Shown: positions 19,330-29,403 of the stretch, one piece after another | Numbering within the stretch: position 1 is the first letter of the stretch | Layout: the number at the start of each line of letters is the position of its first letter | Assembly (NCBI GenBank): GCA_965206595.1 | Contig: OZ242214.1 | Coordinates: 6,592,001 to 6,656,000 of the forward strand | Direction: 5' to 3' | DNA length: 64,000 bases | From: Candidatus Latescibacterota bacterium | GTDB lineage: Bacteria; Latescibacterota; UBA2968; UBA8231 | The notes under the pieces: generated by a model | Database searches by the model: none | The model's input: the letters and a program-made list of their open reading frames with translations, nothing else | What the model was told of the DNA's origin: nothing | Translations under genes and position numbers: made by a program

Positions 19330-20939
19330 TGCTGGTCGGGTACGTCAGCGACGAGCGCTACGTGGCACTCCCGGACGCCCTGCTGGAATTCGAGGGGTGG
19401 AACCGGCGGGTGGAAGCCCGGTCCTCCGCCTCCGGCGCGGTGCATGCCGAGATCGAACCGGGGCGGTACAGGGTGACCATCGCCCGCGACGGCTACGGAT
19501 CGAAACGGGTGGACGTCACCGTCGCCGAAGGGCGGCCTTACCAGTTCCGGCTGCTCGCCGACGGCTTGCTCGGTTACGCCTGGCCCAAGTGCGTCCGCTC
19601 CGGAGAGCGGTCGGAATTCCGCGTGCACTCCAGCGAGCCGTACAAGCTCGAGCTGTTCCGCTACGGAAGAGAGAAGGAGTTCGTGCGCCCTGTGGGCTGG
19701 TTCGACGAGCACGGACCGCGCGCCACCGTGCAGATTACCCCGGACGGGGACTACACTCGGACCGGCGTGCGCTGGAATTCCATCGGCTACACCAGCCCCG
19801 CCCACAGGCAGTTCGTCAGCGCTCCGGAGCGCTCCGGGCTCTACTATTTCCACGCCTCGACGCGGAACCCCTTCACCGGCGCGGACGCATCGGTTCCGCA
19901 GGCATTTTTCAGCTTCCCCTGGATCGTCGCCCCCGCCCGCCCCCAGGCCCGGATCGCGGTGCTGGTGTCGGACGTCAACTGGAACGCCTACAACAACTTT
20001 GGAGGGCGCAGCAACTACGCCAACCCTGCGGAACTGGCGCCCGTTCCGACGGTAAACGCGCGTCAGGAGCTGCCGCGCTACACCGATCCGGACAACGTCG
20101 TCTACGACCGCGAGGAGTACGCTCCCCTGTCGTTCGAGCGCCCCGAGCCGATAAACCACATTCCACTGTCGGTCGGCCTGCACGACCCGATCGAAGGGCG
20201 GGCGGCCTGCCACGTCGCCGAGACGGAGTGGCGCATCCTCGGCTGGCTTGAGCAGGAGGGGTTCGACTACGACGTCTACTCCGAAACGCAGCTCCACCGC
20301 GGCGTGCTTAATCTCGACGACTACGAGGTCCTCCTTCTCGGACCGCATCCGGAGTACTGGTCCGCGGAGATGTACTACGGGGTCAAGGGCTGGGTGCACG
20401 AGCGCGGTGGCAAACTGGTCTACCTCGGCGGCAACGGCCTCAACTGTAAGGTGGAAATTCTCGACCAGTCGACCATGAAGGTGTTCAACGGCGATGCCCG
20501 GGAAATCGGACGCCGCGGACTGGAGAGCCGCTTCCACTACTACTGCGAATCGGAAGCCAACCTCCTCGGGGTCGTGTACAGCGACAGCGGCGTGATGACG
20601 GCTGCAGCGTACGAAGTGGTCGATGCCGATCACTGGATTTTCGAAGGCACCGGCCTGGCCAACGGCGATCTGTTCGGTGAGCGCAGCCTGCACATGCGCA
20701 TTTCCGGTGGGGCATCGGGGCACGAGACGGACAAGCGGTCCCCCAGCTCGCCGGCAGGTGTCCGCGTGGTCGCCCGGGGCCTCAATCCCGGCGGCGGCGG
20801 CGCCGAGATCGTCCACTACGAAAGCGGCAGCGGCGGCGAGGTCTTTTCAGCCGGCTCCATCTGCTACGCCAGTTCCCTGCTCGTCGACGAGGTCGTGTCC
20901 GCCATCACCGCCAACGCGTTGCGGCGCTTCATCGGATGA
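19329..20939 (+). CDS. N,N-dimethylformamidase large-subunit-like protein with N-terminal beta-sandwich domain
   Basis: TGATG overlap with queC; WNAYNNFGG, LSFERP, HPEYWS, YLGGN, ASGHETD, VFSAGSI motifs. Confidence 0.75.
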   Translation: MLVGYVSDERYVALPDALLEFEGWNRRVEARSSASGAVHAEIEPGRYRVTIARDGYGSKRVDVTVAEGRPYQFRLLADGLLGYAWPKCVRSGERSEFRVHSSEPYKLELFRYGREKEFVRPVGWFDEHGPRATVQITPDGDYTRTGVRWNSIGYTSPAHRQFVSAPERSGLYYFHASTRNPFTGADASVPQAFFSFPWIVAPARPQARIAVLVSDVNWNAYNNFGGRSNYANPAELAPVPTVNARQELPRYTDPDNVVYDREEYAPLSFERPEPINHIPLSVGLHDPIEGRAACHVAETEWRILGWLEQEGFDYDVYSETQLHRGVLNLDDYEVLLLGPHPEYWSAEMYYGVKGWVHERGGKLVYLGGNGLNCKVEILDQSTMKVFNGDAREIGRRGLESRFHYYCESEANLLGVVYSDSGVMTAAAYEVVDADHWIFEGTGLANGDLFGERSLHMRISGGASGHETDKRSPSSPAGVRVVARGLNPGGGGAEIVHYESGSGGEVFSAGSICYASSLLVDEVVSAITANALRRFIG

Positions 20940-20998
20940 AGCTTCCTTGCCCCCCTTGCCGGGACCCTTAGTTTCTTTACGGTTTGCAGAAAACGAAT

Positions 20999-21349
20999 AT
21001 GGCCTCACATTCCGCTCCGGTGCTCGAGACCTTCCCCAATCCCAAGCCCGACCGGGATTACACCATACAAATCGACTGTCCAGAATTCACCTCCGTCTGC
21101 CCGAAAACCGGGCAACCGGACTTCGGCACGGTCCGCATCAGTTACGTTCCCGACCAGAACTGCATAGAGCTCAAGTCGCTGAAAATCTACCTCGGATCCT
21201 TCCGTCAGCAGGGCATCTTCTACGAAGCGGTAACCAACCGGATACTCGACGACTTGGTTGCCGCCTGCGCCCCCAGACGCATGACGGTGACAGGCGACTT
21301 CAACGTGCGGGGAGGAATCGGCACCGCGGTCACGGCCGAGCATCCATGA
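20999..21349 (+). CDS. queF: NADPH-dependent preQ0 reductase (unimodular)
   Basis: [29 protein letters not shown] QueF motif, FNVRGGI. Confidence 0.93.
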   Translation: MASHSAPVLETFPNPKPDRDYTIQIDCPEFTSVCPKTGQPDFGTVRISYVPDQNCIELKSLKIYLGSFRQQGIFYEAVTNRILDDLVAACAPRRMTVTGDFNVRGGIGTAVTAEHP

Positions 21350-21405
21350 TGGTCATGTGACTTCCCGGCATGACGGAATAACCCCACAACTTGGAGAATC
21401 GCCGC

Positions 21406-22257
21406 ATGGAAAACCGCAACATCGATTCAGAGGAGAGGGAACAGGACGCGGTCGAAGAAGCCGCTGAGGATTCCCCGGAAGGCGGAAACGACTCCCGGCC
21501 CTGGTATCCCTACATAACCAAGGCCCAGTTCGAGAAATTCCTCGCCAGACTTCAGAGCCGGATCCCGGACGAAATCGACCGCGACTACGTTCGAGCCATA
21601 ATCCGGACCCCTTCGATGATCCACCGCTTCCTGCGCGGCATCGAGGCGATGCAACTCATCGACAGCGACCAGAAGCCGACCGATCGCCTGCAGAAGCTGG
21701 TGAGTCAGGACACCCGCGCCGGCGCCTTCGACGAAATCCTCGAGGATCTCTACCCCGAGCTGCTCAAGGAATACCGGGCGAACGGGGAGATGACCGACCG
21801 CGACATCGTCTCCTTCTTCCGCAAGGAAACGGGGATGGGGAACGATTCGGCCAACAAGATGAAGATGTTCTTCAAGTACCTGACAAGCTGCACCGATCCC
21901 GACGAAGGAACGGGGGAAGCCGAGGACGGCAACGATAGCCCTGCACCGGACGCTCCTCCGTCGCCGGCACCTCCACGAACGGAGCGTGAGCGAGGGGAGC
22001 GAGGGGAACGTGAGCGAGGGGAGCGAGGGGAGCGCGGATCGAGCTCCAGATCTTCGCAGCAGTCCCGCAGCCAGGAGTCTTTGGGCAGCGGCGGGTCGAC
22101 CACCGGTTCGCGCACCCTGAGCGAGGCGCAACGCGCCTATCTCGACACCCTCAAATCGGTGCTGAAGGTCAATATCGACGGGGACTGGGACGACGACATG
22201 ATAAAGCTCGCCTTCGACCGACTCGAGCGCCTGTTCGACCGGGTCCGAAGGGGCTGA
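21406..22257 (+). CDS. Hypothetical protein, DUF5343-like N-terminal domain, low-complexity linker
   Basis: PYI..FEKFL..IP..IDRDY..LID..KPT..Y pattern recalled for DUF5343; ERG repeats; strong codon bias. Confidence 0.65.
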   Translation: MENRNIDSEEREQDAVEEAAEDSPEGGNDSRPWYPYITKAQFEKFLARLQSRIPDEIDRDYVRAIIRTPSMIHRFLRGIEAMQLIDSDQKPTDRLQKLVSQDTRAGAFDEILEDLYPELLKEYRANGEMTDRDIVSFFRKETGMGNDSANKMKMFFKYLTSCTDPDEGTGEAEDGNDSPAPDAPPSPAPPRTERERGERGERERGERGERGSSSRSSQQSRSQESLGSGGSTTGSRTLSEAQRAYLDTLKSVLKVNIDGDWDDDMIKLAFDRLERLFDRVRRG

Positions 22258-22289
22258 CCGCAAGGAGCTGACCGCAGGGAGCTGACCGC
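22253..22289. repeat. 14-bp tandem repeat (about 2.6 copies)
   Basis: gctgaccgcaagga gctgaccgcaggga gctgaccgc. Confidence 0.85.
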
Positions 22290-22321
22290 CAACAGCGATT
22301 GGCGACGAGAATCCCCAAACG

Positions 22322-22354
22322 AAAAAGGCCCTCACTGGATGGTGGGGGCCTTTT
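22322..22354. terminator. Bidirectional intrinsic terminator
   Basis: aaaaaggccctcac-tggatg-gtgggggcctttt between convergent genes. Confidence 0.8.
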
Positions 22355-22398
22355 CCATTTCGAGTGCGCCGACGTACTGATGTTGCCAGAGTGTGCTG

Positions 22399-23367
22399 TC
22401 AGGCGCTGACGAACTCACCCATCGCTCCGAACTTGTCGACGCGCCTGTTCACCAGCTCCTCACCCGTCAGACCGCGCAGTTCCTCCAGCGCCTCCAAAAC
22501 CTGCTTCTTGAGATTGGCCGCGGCCCCGTCGTAGTCCCGGTGGGCTCCGCCGAAAGGCTCGGGGACAATGCGGTCGATGATGCCGTACTCGCGCAGATCC
22601 TCCGCGGACAGCTTCAGCGCCTCGGCAGCCTCCTCCTTGCGGTCGCGGGTGCGGAACAGAATCGTCGAACAGCTCTCCGGCACGATGACCGAATAACAGG
22701 CGTGCTCGAGCATCAGTATGCGGTCCCCCACGGTGATCCCTATGGCTCCCCCGCTGAAGGCCTGTCCGATGACGGCGACGACGATCGGTACCTCCAGGTG
22801 GGACATCTCGAAGAGGTTGCGGGCGATCGCCTCGGCCTGGCCGCGCTCCTCGGCCTCGATCCCCGGGTAGGCTCCCGAGGTGTCGACCAGGGTCAGGATC
22901 GGGCGCTTGAACTTGGCCGCCATCTGCATCAGCCTGAGGGCTTTCCGGTAGCCCTCGGGATGGGGCATCCCGAAGTTGCGGAACTTGCGCTCCTCGACGT
23001 TGCGTCCGTTCTGAATGCCGATCACCACGACCGCCTCGCCGTCGAGCCGCGCCGGTCCGCCCACGATGGCCGGATCGTCGGCGAAATACCGGTCTCCATG
23101 AAGCTCGACGAAGTCTTCGAGCATCCGCTCGATGTAGTCCAGGGAGTACGGCCGCTGCGGGTGGCGGCTCATCTGCACCCGCTGCCAGCGCGTCAGGTTG
23201 GTGTAGGTCTGGCGACGGAGCCTCTCGATCTGGCGCTCGAGGGTTTTCAGCTCGCGGTCGAGATCGAGCCCGTCGGTCCGGGCCTGCACCTGCATCTCCT
23301 CAAGCCGCTTTTCCAGCTCTGCGACCGGCCGTTCAAAATCTAGATAGAAGGATTTGTCGCTGTTCAT
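22399..23367 (-). CDS. accA: Acetyl-CoA carboxylase carboxyltransferase alpha
   Basis: [47 protein letters not shown]. Confidence 0.95.
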   Translation of the reverse strand: MNSDKSFYLDFERPVAELEKRLEEMQVQARTDGLDLDRELKTLERQIERLRRQTYTNLTRWQRVQMSRHPQRPYSLDYIERMLEDFVELHGDRYFADDPAIVGGPARLDGEAVVVIGIQNGRNVEERKFRNFGMPHPEGYRKALRLMQMAAKFKRPILTLVDTSGAYPGIEAEERGQAEAIARNLFEMSHLEVPIVVAVIGQAFSGGAIGITVGDRILMLEHACYSVIVPESCSTILFRTRDRKEEAAEALKLSAEDLREYGIIDRIVPEPFGGAHRDYDGAAANLKKQVLEALEELRGLTGEELVNRRVDKFGAMGEFVSA

Positions 23368-23439
23368 CGGATCATGGCTCCCGGGTATCTGTATTACTGA
23401 CACCGGAGACCGCGAAGGTGTTCGGTTTTCGAGTCGGAC

Positions 23440-24651
23440 CTACCTGCGCAGGAGGGAAAGTGCCGCCTCGATTCGGTCCATCGCCGTCGCGATCTTTTCC
23501 ATCGACGTGGCGTAGGATAGCCGGATATGTTCTGCGGTCCCGAAGCCGACTCCGGGAACGCAGGCGACTTTTCCGACTTCCAGCAAGTATTCGCACAGGC
23601 CGGTGCAGTCTTCGATCTCCCACGATCCTTCGGGACCTTCGAACCGCGAACCGAAATAGCTCGACATGTCGGGATAGACGTAGAAGGCCCCCAGCGGCAA
23701 GGGGCATTCCACCCCTTCCAGGCCTTTGAGACGAGCGGTGATGTAGCGGCGGCGGCCGTCGTACTCGCGGCGCATGGTCTCGACCATATCCTGGGGTCCG
23801 GTCAGCGCCTCGAGGGCCGCTTTCTGCGACATCGAAGTCGGGTGCGACACCGTCTGGCTCTGGGCCTTGTCCATGGCCGCGACCACCTCCGCTTCGGCGG
23901 CCGCGTACCCTATCCGCCACCCCGTCATCGCGTACGCCTTCGAAGCCCCGTTGACGACGATGGCCAGCCTCTTGATCTCTTCGCCCATCGAGGCGATCGA
24001 TACGTGCTCGGCGTCGTCGTAAACCAGCTTCTCGTAGATCTCGTCGCTGAGCACGTAGATGCCGTGCTCGACGGCGACCGCGGCCAGCTGCTCGAGCTCA
24101 TTCCGGGTATAGACGCAACCGCTCGGGTTCGACGGGCTGTTGAGCAGCAGCATCCGCGTCCTCGGGGTGATCGCCGAGCGCAGGGCATCCGGAGTCAGCT
24201 TGAGACCGTCTTCCCGCCTGGTTCGCACCACCACCGACCCGGCGCCGACCAGCTTGGGCTGCTCGGTAAAGGTGACCCAGTAGGGCGTCGGCACGATCAT
24301 CTCGTCCCCGGGATTGAGCACCGCGGCGACGGCGAGGTAGAGGGAGTGCTTGGCGCCGCAGTTGACGATCACCTGGTCGGCGGAGTAGTCGAGGCCGTTA
24401 TCCTCCCGGAATTTCCGGCACACCGCCTCCTTGAGCTCGACGATGCCGGACGGCGGCGAGGTGTATTTCGTGAACCCCTCTTCGATGGCGCGGATGCCCG
24501 CGGCCTTGATGTGCTCGGGAGTGTCGAAATCCGGCTCTCCCGCCGACAGCGGGATGACGTCGATCCCCTCCCGTTTCATCGCCGCGGCCTTCGCCGAGAT
24601 CGCCATCGTCGCCGAAGGCTGAACTTGCTCGATGAAATGCGAAAGCGCCAT
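23440..24651 (-). CDS. PLP-dependent class I/II aminotransferase (aspartate aminotransferase-like)
   Basis: GEPDFDTP, NSPSNPSG, SDEIYE, SKAYAMTGWRIG. Confidence 0.92.
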   Translation of the reverse strand: MALSHFIEQVQPSATMAISAKAAAMKREGIDVIPLSAGEPDFDTPEHIKAAGIRAIEEGFTKYTSPPSGIVELKEAVCRKFREDNGLDYSADQVIVNCGAKHSLYLAVAAVLNPGDEMIVPTPYWVTFTEQPKLVGAGSVVVRTRREDGLKLTPDALRSAITPRTRMLLLNSPSNPSGCVYTRNELEQLAAVAVEHGIYVLSDEIYEKLVYDDAEHVSIASMGEEIKRLAIVVNGASKAYAMTGWRIGYAAAEAEVVAAMDKAQSQTVSHPTSMSQKAALEALTGPQDMVETMRREYDGRRRYITARLKGLEGVECPLPLGAFYVYPDMSSYFGSRFEGPEGSWEIEDCTGLCEYLLEVGKVACVPGVGFGTAEHIRLSYATSMEKIATAMDRIEAALSLLRR

Positions 24652-25850
24652 CAGGTGGTGTACTCCGCGTTCAGGCGCACGTACTCGTAGGTGAGATCGC
24701 AGGTGAAGATCTCGGTTGCCTCCCCGCCCATGGCCAAGTCGATGGCGATGGCGATCTCATCCGCCTGCATGGCCGCGCTCAGCTTCCCCTCGTCGTAAGA
24801 AAGTCCGGCTCCGTTTCCGTAAATATCGGTGCCGCACAGTGACACCCGCGCCTTTCCCGGGTCGAAGTCGACTCCGGCGTACCCCACAGCGCACAGGATC
24901 CGTCCCCAGTTGGGATCGTTGCCGAAAGCCGCTGTCTTCACCAGGCTCGAGTTGGCTACCGCGAGTCCGACCTGCCTCGCTTCCGCTTCGGTTGCGGCGC
25001 CGCGCACCGATATGGCGATCAGCTTGGAGGATCCCTCGGCGTCGCGCGCGATCTCCTGGGCCATCTGCCGGCAGACATGCTCGATCCCCTCGTAGAGGCG
25101 CTCGCCGTCGCGCCCACCCAACTCCTCCGGAGAAGCGCCGCCGTTGGCCATCAGGATCACCGTGTCGCTCGTGCTCATGTCGCCGTCGACGGTGATGCAG
25201 TTGAAGGTGCGCCGGATCGCCTGCGACAGCAGCTCCTGCAGTTGTCCCCCCGGCACCGCGGCGTCGGTGGTCACCACCGACAGCATCGTCGCCATGTCGG
25301 GGGCGATCATCGCTGCCCCTTTAGCCATCGCCCCGATGACGGCGGTGCCCGACTCCAGCTCGACCTCGACGGCGCAGCTCTTCGACACCGTGTCCGTAGT
25401 CATGATCGCCTCGGCGGCCTCAGCCCCTCCTTCCTCGGACAACGCCGCGACGGCCCTCGGTATTCCCGCTTCGATCTTGCCGATCGGCAGCGGCACCCCG
25501 ATAACGCCGGTGGAGCAGACCAGCACCTCCTCCGCGCCCAGTCCGAGCTCCGAGGCCGTCAGGGAGCACATCCGCCGGGCGTGGTCGAGACCGGCATCGC
25601 CGTTGCAGACATTGGCGTTGCCGCTGTTGAGGATGACCGCCCGCGCCCTGCCGTCGGCGAGGTGCTCGCGGTCGACGGCTATCGGCGCTCCCTGGACCTT
25701 GTTGGTGGTGTACACCGCGGCGGCATTCGCCGGACGCGTCGAGTACACCAGGGCCAGGTCCCTCGCCCCGGACTCCTTGACGCCCGTACTGATCCCCGCC
25801 GCAAAGTAGCCGGGCGGAGAGGCGACCCCTCCGCCTTCGAGGTTTCTCAC
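24651..25850 (-). CDS. argJ: Bifunctional ornithine acetyltransferase/N-acetylglutamate synthase
   Basis: NSGNAN, STGVIG, IMTTDT, KGAAMIAPDMATML, DPNWGR, NAEYTT. Confidence 0.95.
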   Translation of the reverse strand: MRNLEGGGVASPPGYFAAGISTGVKESGARDLALVYSTRPANAAAVYTTNKVQGAPIAVDREHLADGRARAVILNSGNANVCNGDAGLDHARRMCSLTASELGLGAEEVLVCSTGVIGVPLPIGKIEAGIPRAVAALSEEGGAEAAEAIMTTDTVSKSCAVEVELESGTAVIGAMAKGAAMIAPDMATMLSVVTTDAAVPGGQLQELLSQAIRRTFNCITVDGDMSTSDTVILMANGGASPEELGGRDGERLYEGIEHVCRQMAQEIARDAEGSSKLIAISVRGAATEAEARQVGLAVANSSLVKTAAFGNDPNWGRILCAVGYAGVDFDPGKARVSLCGTDIYGNGAGLSYDEGKLSAAMQADEIAIAIDLAMGGEATEIFTCDLTYEYVRLNAEYTT

Positions 25851-25853
25851 CGC

Positions 25854-27461
25854 TCAGTCCGTCCCGGTGTTGCCGGCGGACCGCCCGGCCTCGGCCAGCG
25901 TATCCCGCATCAGTTTGAAATGCAAGGAGTCGTTCAGGGCGATCCAGCTCGCTTCGATGATGTTTTCCGACACCCCCACCGTACCCCAGACTTCGCGGCC
26001 GTCGGATGACTCGATCAGCACCCGCACCCGCGCCGCAGTGCCGTTGCTGCTGTCGAGGACGCGCACCTTGTAGTCGGCGAGATGGACGTGTCTCAGGCTC
26101 GGCCAGGCCCCCTCGAGGGCCTTGCGCAGGGCGCGATCGAGGGCGTTGACCGGGCCCTCCCCTTCGGCCACGGTGTGCACCATCTCCCCGTTCACCTCGA
26201 CCTTGACAATCGCTTCGGCCACCTCGGCGCTGCCGTCGTCCTTGCGGCTGATGGTGCGGAAGCTCAGGGGCCGAAACTGGTCCTCGTAGAGTCCCATCGT
26301 CCGCCGCGCCAGCAGCTCGAACGAGCCCTCTGCGGCCTCGAACTGGTAGCCGTCGTGCTCGAGCCGCTTCACTTCCCCCAGCACCTGCGGGACGATCGGA
26401 TCCTTCTTGCTGAGCCCGGGGAAGAACCTGTTGAGCTTGGAAACCACCGTGCTCCCGCCCGACTGGTCCGAGACCAGGAAGCGGCGCTCGTTCCCCGTCG
26501 CCTGCGGGTCGATGTGCTCGTAGCAGCGCGGGTTCTTGGTCATCGCGTCGATGTGCACCCCTCCCTTGTGGGCGAAGGCGCTCTCGCCGACGTACGGCTG
26601 GCGGTGATCGTGATGGACGTTGGCGATCTCGCTGAGAAAGCGCGAGAAGTCCATCAGCTCGGCGAGGTTCTCCTTCCCGATGAGGTGCATGCCGAGCTTG
26701 AGCTCGAGGGTCGGGATCACCGTACACAGATTGGCGTTGCCGCAGCGTTCTCCATAGCCGTTGAACGTCCCCTGCACTTGGACCGCTCCCAGCTCGGCGG
26801 CGGCCACGGTGTTGGCTTCGGCCATGCCGGAGTCGTTGTGGGTGTGGATGCCGAGAGGAAGGGAAACGGCGTCGCGGGTCGCGGCGAAGATGCGGCTGAC
26901 CTCGCTCGGCCGCCGGCCGCCGTTGGTGTCGCACAGGACCAGCAGGCGGGCGCCGCCGCGCGCCGCGGCGCGCAGGGTCTCCAAGGCGTAGTCGGGGGCC
27001 TCGCAGTAGCCGTCGAAGTAATGTTCGGCGTCGTAGATCACCTCGCGGCCGTGGGCGGCGAGATACCCCACCGAGTTCTCGATCAGCTCCAGGTTTTCCT
27101 GGGGCGTGGTCTTGAGCGCCTCCGTCACGTGCAGAATCCAGCTCTTGCCGAAGATGCAGACAGACTCGGTCTCCGCCTGCAGCAGCGTGTTCAGGGTGGC
27201 GTCCTCTTCCGCCGGCACCCCTGCCCGGCGCGTGCTGCCGAAAGCGGTGACGCGAGCCCGGAGATCGAGCTTCTTCACCTCGCGGAAAAACGCCTGGTCC
27301 TTCGGGTTGGTCGGGTTCGGCCAGCCCCCTTCGATGTAGTGGACCCCGAGGCGGTCTAGGCGTCGGGCGATTAGCAGTTTGTCCTCGAGCGAGTAGGCGA
27401 TCCCCTCGGCCTGGGCCCCGTCCCGCAGGGTGGCATCGTAGACTTCCAGGGTATCGTTCAT
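25854..27461 (-). CDS. cimA: Citramalate synthase
   Basis: TLRDGAQAEG, YIEGGWP, FGKSW, DAEHYFDG, HTHND, YGERCGN, WGTVGVSENII. Confidence 0.9.
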   Translation of the reverse strand: MNDTLEVYDATLRDGAQAEGIAYSLEDKLLIARRLDRLGVHYIEGGWPNPTNPKDQAFFREVKKLDLRARVTAFGSTRRAGVPAEEDATLNTLLQAETESVCIFGKSWILHVTEALKTTPQENLELIENSVGYLAAHGREVIYDAEHYFDGYCEAPDYALETLRAAARGGARLLVLCDTNGGRRPSEVSRIFAATRDAVSLPLGIHTHNDSGMAEANTVAAAELGAVQVQGTFNGYGERCGNANLCTVIPTLELKLGMHLIGKENLAELMDFSRFLSEIANVHHDHRQPYVGESAFAHKGGVHIDAMTKNPRCYEHIDPQATGNERRFLVSDQSGGSTVVSKLNRFFPGLSKKDPIVPQVLGEVKRLEHDGYQFEAAEGSFELLARRTMGLYEDQFRPLSFRTISRKDDGSAEVAEAIVKVEVNGEMVHTVAEGEGPVNALDRALRKALEGAWPSLRHVHLADYKVRVLDSSNGTAARVRVLIESSDGREVWGTVGVSENIIEASWIALNDSLHFKLMRDTLAEAGRSAGNTGTD

Positions 27462-27465
27462 TTCT

Positions 27466-28536
27466 TCACCCTCCCGCGGGCCCGTCCGCCACCGCCTGTG
27501 CCACGAGGTCGCCGACCTCCGATGTCGAGTACCCCATCTCGCCGGCCCCCATACCCTTCAGCTGCCGCAGGGTCGAGACGATGGCCTCATCCAGGAGTTC
27601 CGCTCCCTCCTGCTTTCCGAGGGTGGAGATCATCAGCTGGCAGGCGGCGATCGCCGCCATCGGGTTGATCACATTCTGTCCCGTGTACTTGGGGGCCGAT
27701 CCGCCGATCGGCTCGAACATCGACACCCCCTCCGGGTTGATGTTGCCCCCTGCGGCGATCCCCATGCCACCCTGGATCATCGCGCCGAGGTCGGTGATGA
27801 TGTCGCCGAAGATGTTGTCGGTGACGATCACGTCGAACCACTCCGGGTTCTTGACCATCCACATGCAGATGGCGTCAACGTGGGCGTAGTCCCGCCGGAT
27901 CTCCGGGAAATCGCTCTCACCCACCTCGTGAAAGGCGCGCTCCCAGAGATCGAAGGCGAAAGTCAGCACGTTGGTCTTGCCGCACAGGGTCAGCGTATTC
28001 TCCCTGGCGCGCCGCCGCGTGAACTCGAAGGCGTAGCGCAGGCAGCGCTCGACGCCCTTGCGGGTGTTGATCGATTCCTGCACCGCGATCTCGTCCGGCG
28101 TGCCCTTCTTGAAGAAGCCGCCGGTTCCGGTGTAGATCCCCTCGGTATTCTCGCGCACCACGACGAAGTCGATGTCCTCCGGCCCCTTGTCCTTCAGCGG
28201 GGTCGGCACGTTCGGGTAGAGCTTCACCGGGCGCAGGTTGATGTACTGATCGAGTTCGAACCGCAGCCGCAGCAGAATCCCCTTTTCCAAGATGCCCGGC
28301 TTCACTTCCGGGTGGCCGATGGCGCCGAGGTAGATGGCGTCGAACTGGCGCAGCTCGTCGACCGCGGAATCGGGAAGCACCTCGTCGGTGGCGAGAAAGC
28401 GGTCGCCGCCGAAATCGAACTCGACGGTCTCGTATGCGAACCCGACCTTCGCGGCCACCGCGCCGAGGGCCTTCAGACCCTCGGCAACCACCTCGGGGCC
28501 GGTCCCGTCACCCGGCAGAACGGCAATCCTGTACAA
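27466..28536 (-). CDS. leuB: 3-isopropylmalate dehydrogenase
   Basis: GGAGG RBS and TTG start; IAVLPGDGTGPEV, NLRPV, RENTEG, FGDIITD, FEPIGGSAP. Confidence 0.92.
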   Translation of the reverse strand: MYRIAVLPGDGTGPEVVAEGLKALGAVAAKVGFAYETVEFDFGGDRFLATDEVLPDSAVDELRQFDAIYLGAIGHPEVKPGILEKGILLRLRFELDQYINLRPVKLYPNVPTPLKDKGPEDIDFVVVRENTEGIYTGTGGFFKKGTPDEIAVQESINTRKGVERCLRYAFEFTRRRARENTLTLCGKTNVLTFAFDLWERAFHEVGESDFPEIRRDYAHVDAICMWMVKNPEWFDVIVTDNIFGDIITDLGAMIQGGMGIAAGGNINPEGVSMFEPIGGSAPKYTGQNVINPMAAIAACQLMISTLGKQEGAELLDEAIVSTLRQLKGMGAGEMGYSTSEVGDLVAQAVADGPAGG

Positions 28537-28538
28537 TC

Positions 28539-28789
28539 TCACCTCCCTCTTTTTTCGATTCGATTTGAAAGCCAGAACAGCCCCGCAACCACGGGGTCGA
28601 CCACCAGGATTACGACCGCGACTATCCCCGCCGCGGCCAGCGCGATCCCGACATGTACCCGACATGTATCAGAACGGCGCTGACGATTGCCGCTGCAACG
28701 AAAGAGAAAATCAGCGCGAACGCGGTAATGATCAGCACCCGGGAGATCGGGTTGTTGATCTTCCGCCCGCCCACCTTGATGTATCCCAT
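28539..28789 (-). pseudogene. Small membrane protein gene (79 aa when repaired) frameshifted by an 11-bp duplication
   Basis: GAGGAAGGG RBS and ATG after the leuD stop; cccgacatgta duplicated at 28647-28668; removing one copy gives a continuous hydrophobic ORF ending 2 nt before leuB. Confidence 0.7.
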
Positions 28790-28801
28790 ACCGGCCCTTC
28801 C

Positions 28802-29401
28802 TCAGAGTGCCGCCACGTACGGCAGCTTCCGGGCAGTGCTCTCGATCTCGTCGACCGCCTCGAGCAGCTGCCCCAGGGCATCCCACGTACCGGTCACGAG
28901 CTGCTCGCGCGGCCCATCGGGGAGGGTCGCCGCTATGGAATCGGACGCGAAGCCCACGGTCTGCGCCTCGACATCGATCTCCAGCTCCAGGGGCGGATCC
29001 TCCTCCACCGCCTGCATCAGCCGCTCCACGTCCGCTTCGGAAGCGGTCATGCAGGGCAGCCCCATGGCGACGCAGTTGCCGAAGAAAATCTCGGCGAACG
29101 ATTCGCCGACGAAGCCCTGGATGCCCCAGCGCGCCAGCGCCTGCGGAGCGTGCTCCCGGGAAGAGCCACAGCCGAAATTCTTGTTGGCCACGAGGATGCC
29201 GGCGCCCTGGTAGCGGGCATCGTCGAACGGGTGATTGCGGGCACGGCGCTCGTCCTCGAAGGCGTGCTCCCCGAGGTTGTCGAAGGTTACCGTGCGCAGG
29301 TAGCGGGCAGGGATGATGCGGTCGGTGTCTATATCGTTGCCGCGCACCACCACCGCCCTGCTCCTGATCGCTCCCCTGCGGGAATCGGTTGCCGTTTCCA
29401 T
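28802..29401 (-). CDS. leuD: 3-isopropylmalate dehydratase small subunit
   Basis: NDIDTDRIIPARYL, NFGCGSSREHAPQAL, SFAEIFFGN. Confidence 0.93.
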   Translation of the reverse strand: METATDSRRGAIRSRAVVVRGNDIDTDRIIPARYLRTVTFDNLGEHAFEDERRARNHPFDDARYQGAGILVANKNFGCGSSREHAPQALARWGIQGFVGESFAEIFFGNCVAMGLPCMTASEADVERLMQAVEEDPPLELEIDVEAQTVGFASDSIAATLPDGPREQLVTGTWDALGQLLEAVDEIESTARKLPYVAAL

Positions 29402-29403
29402 TC

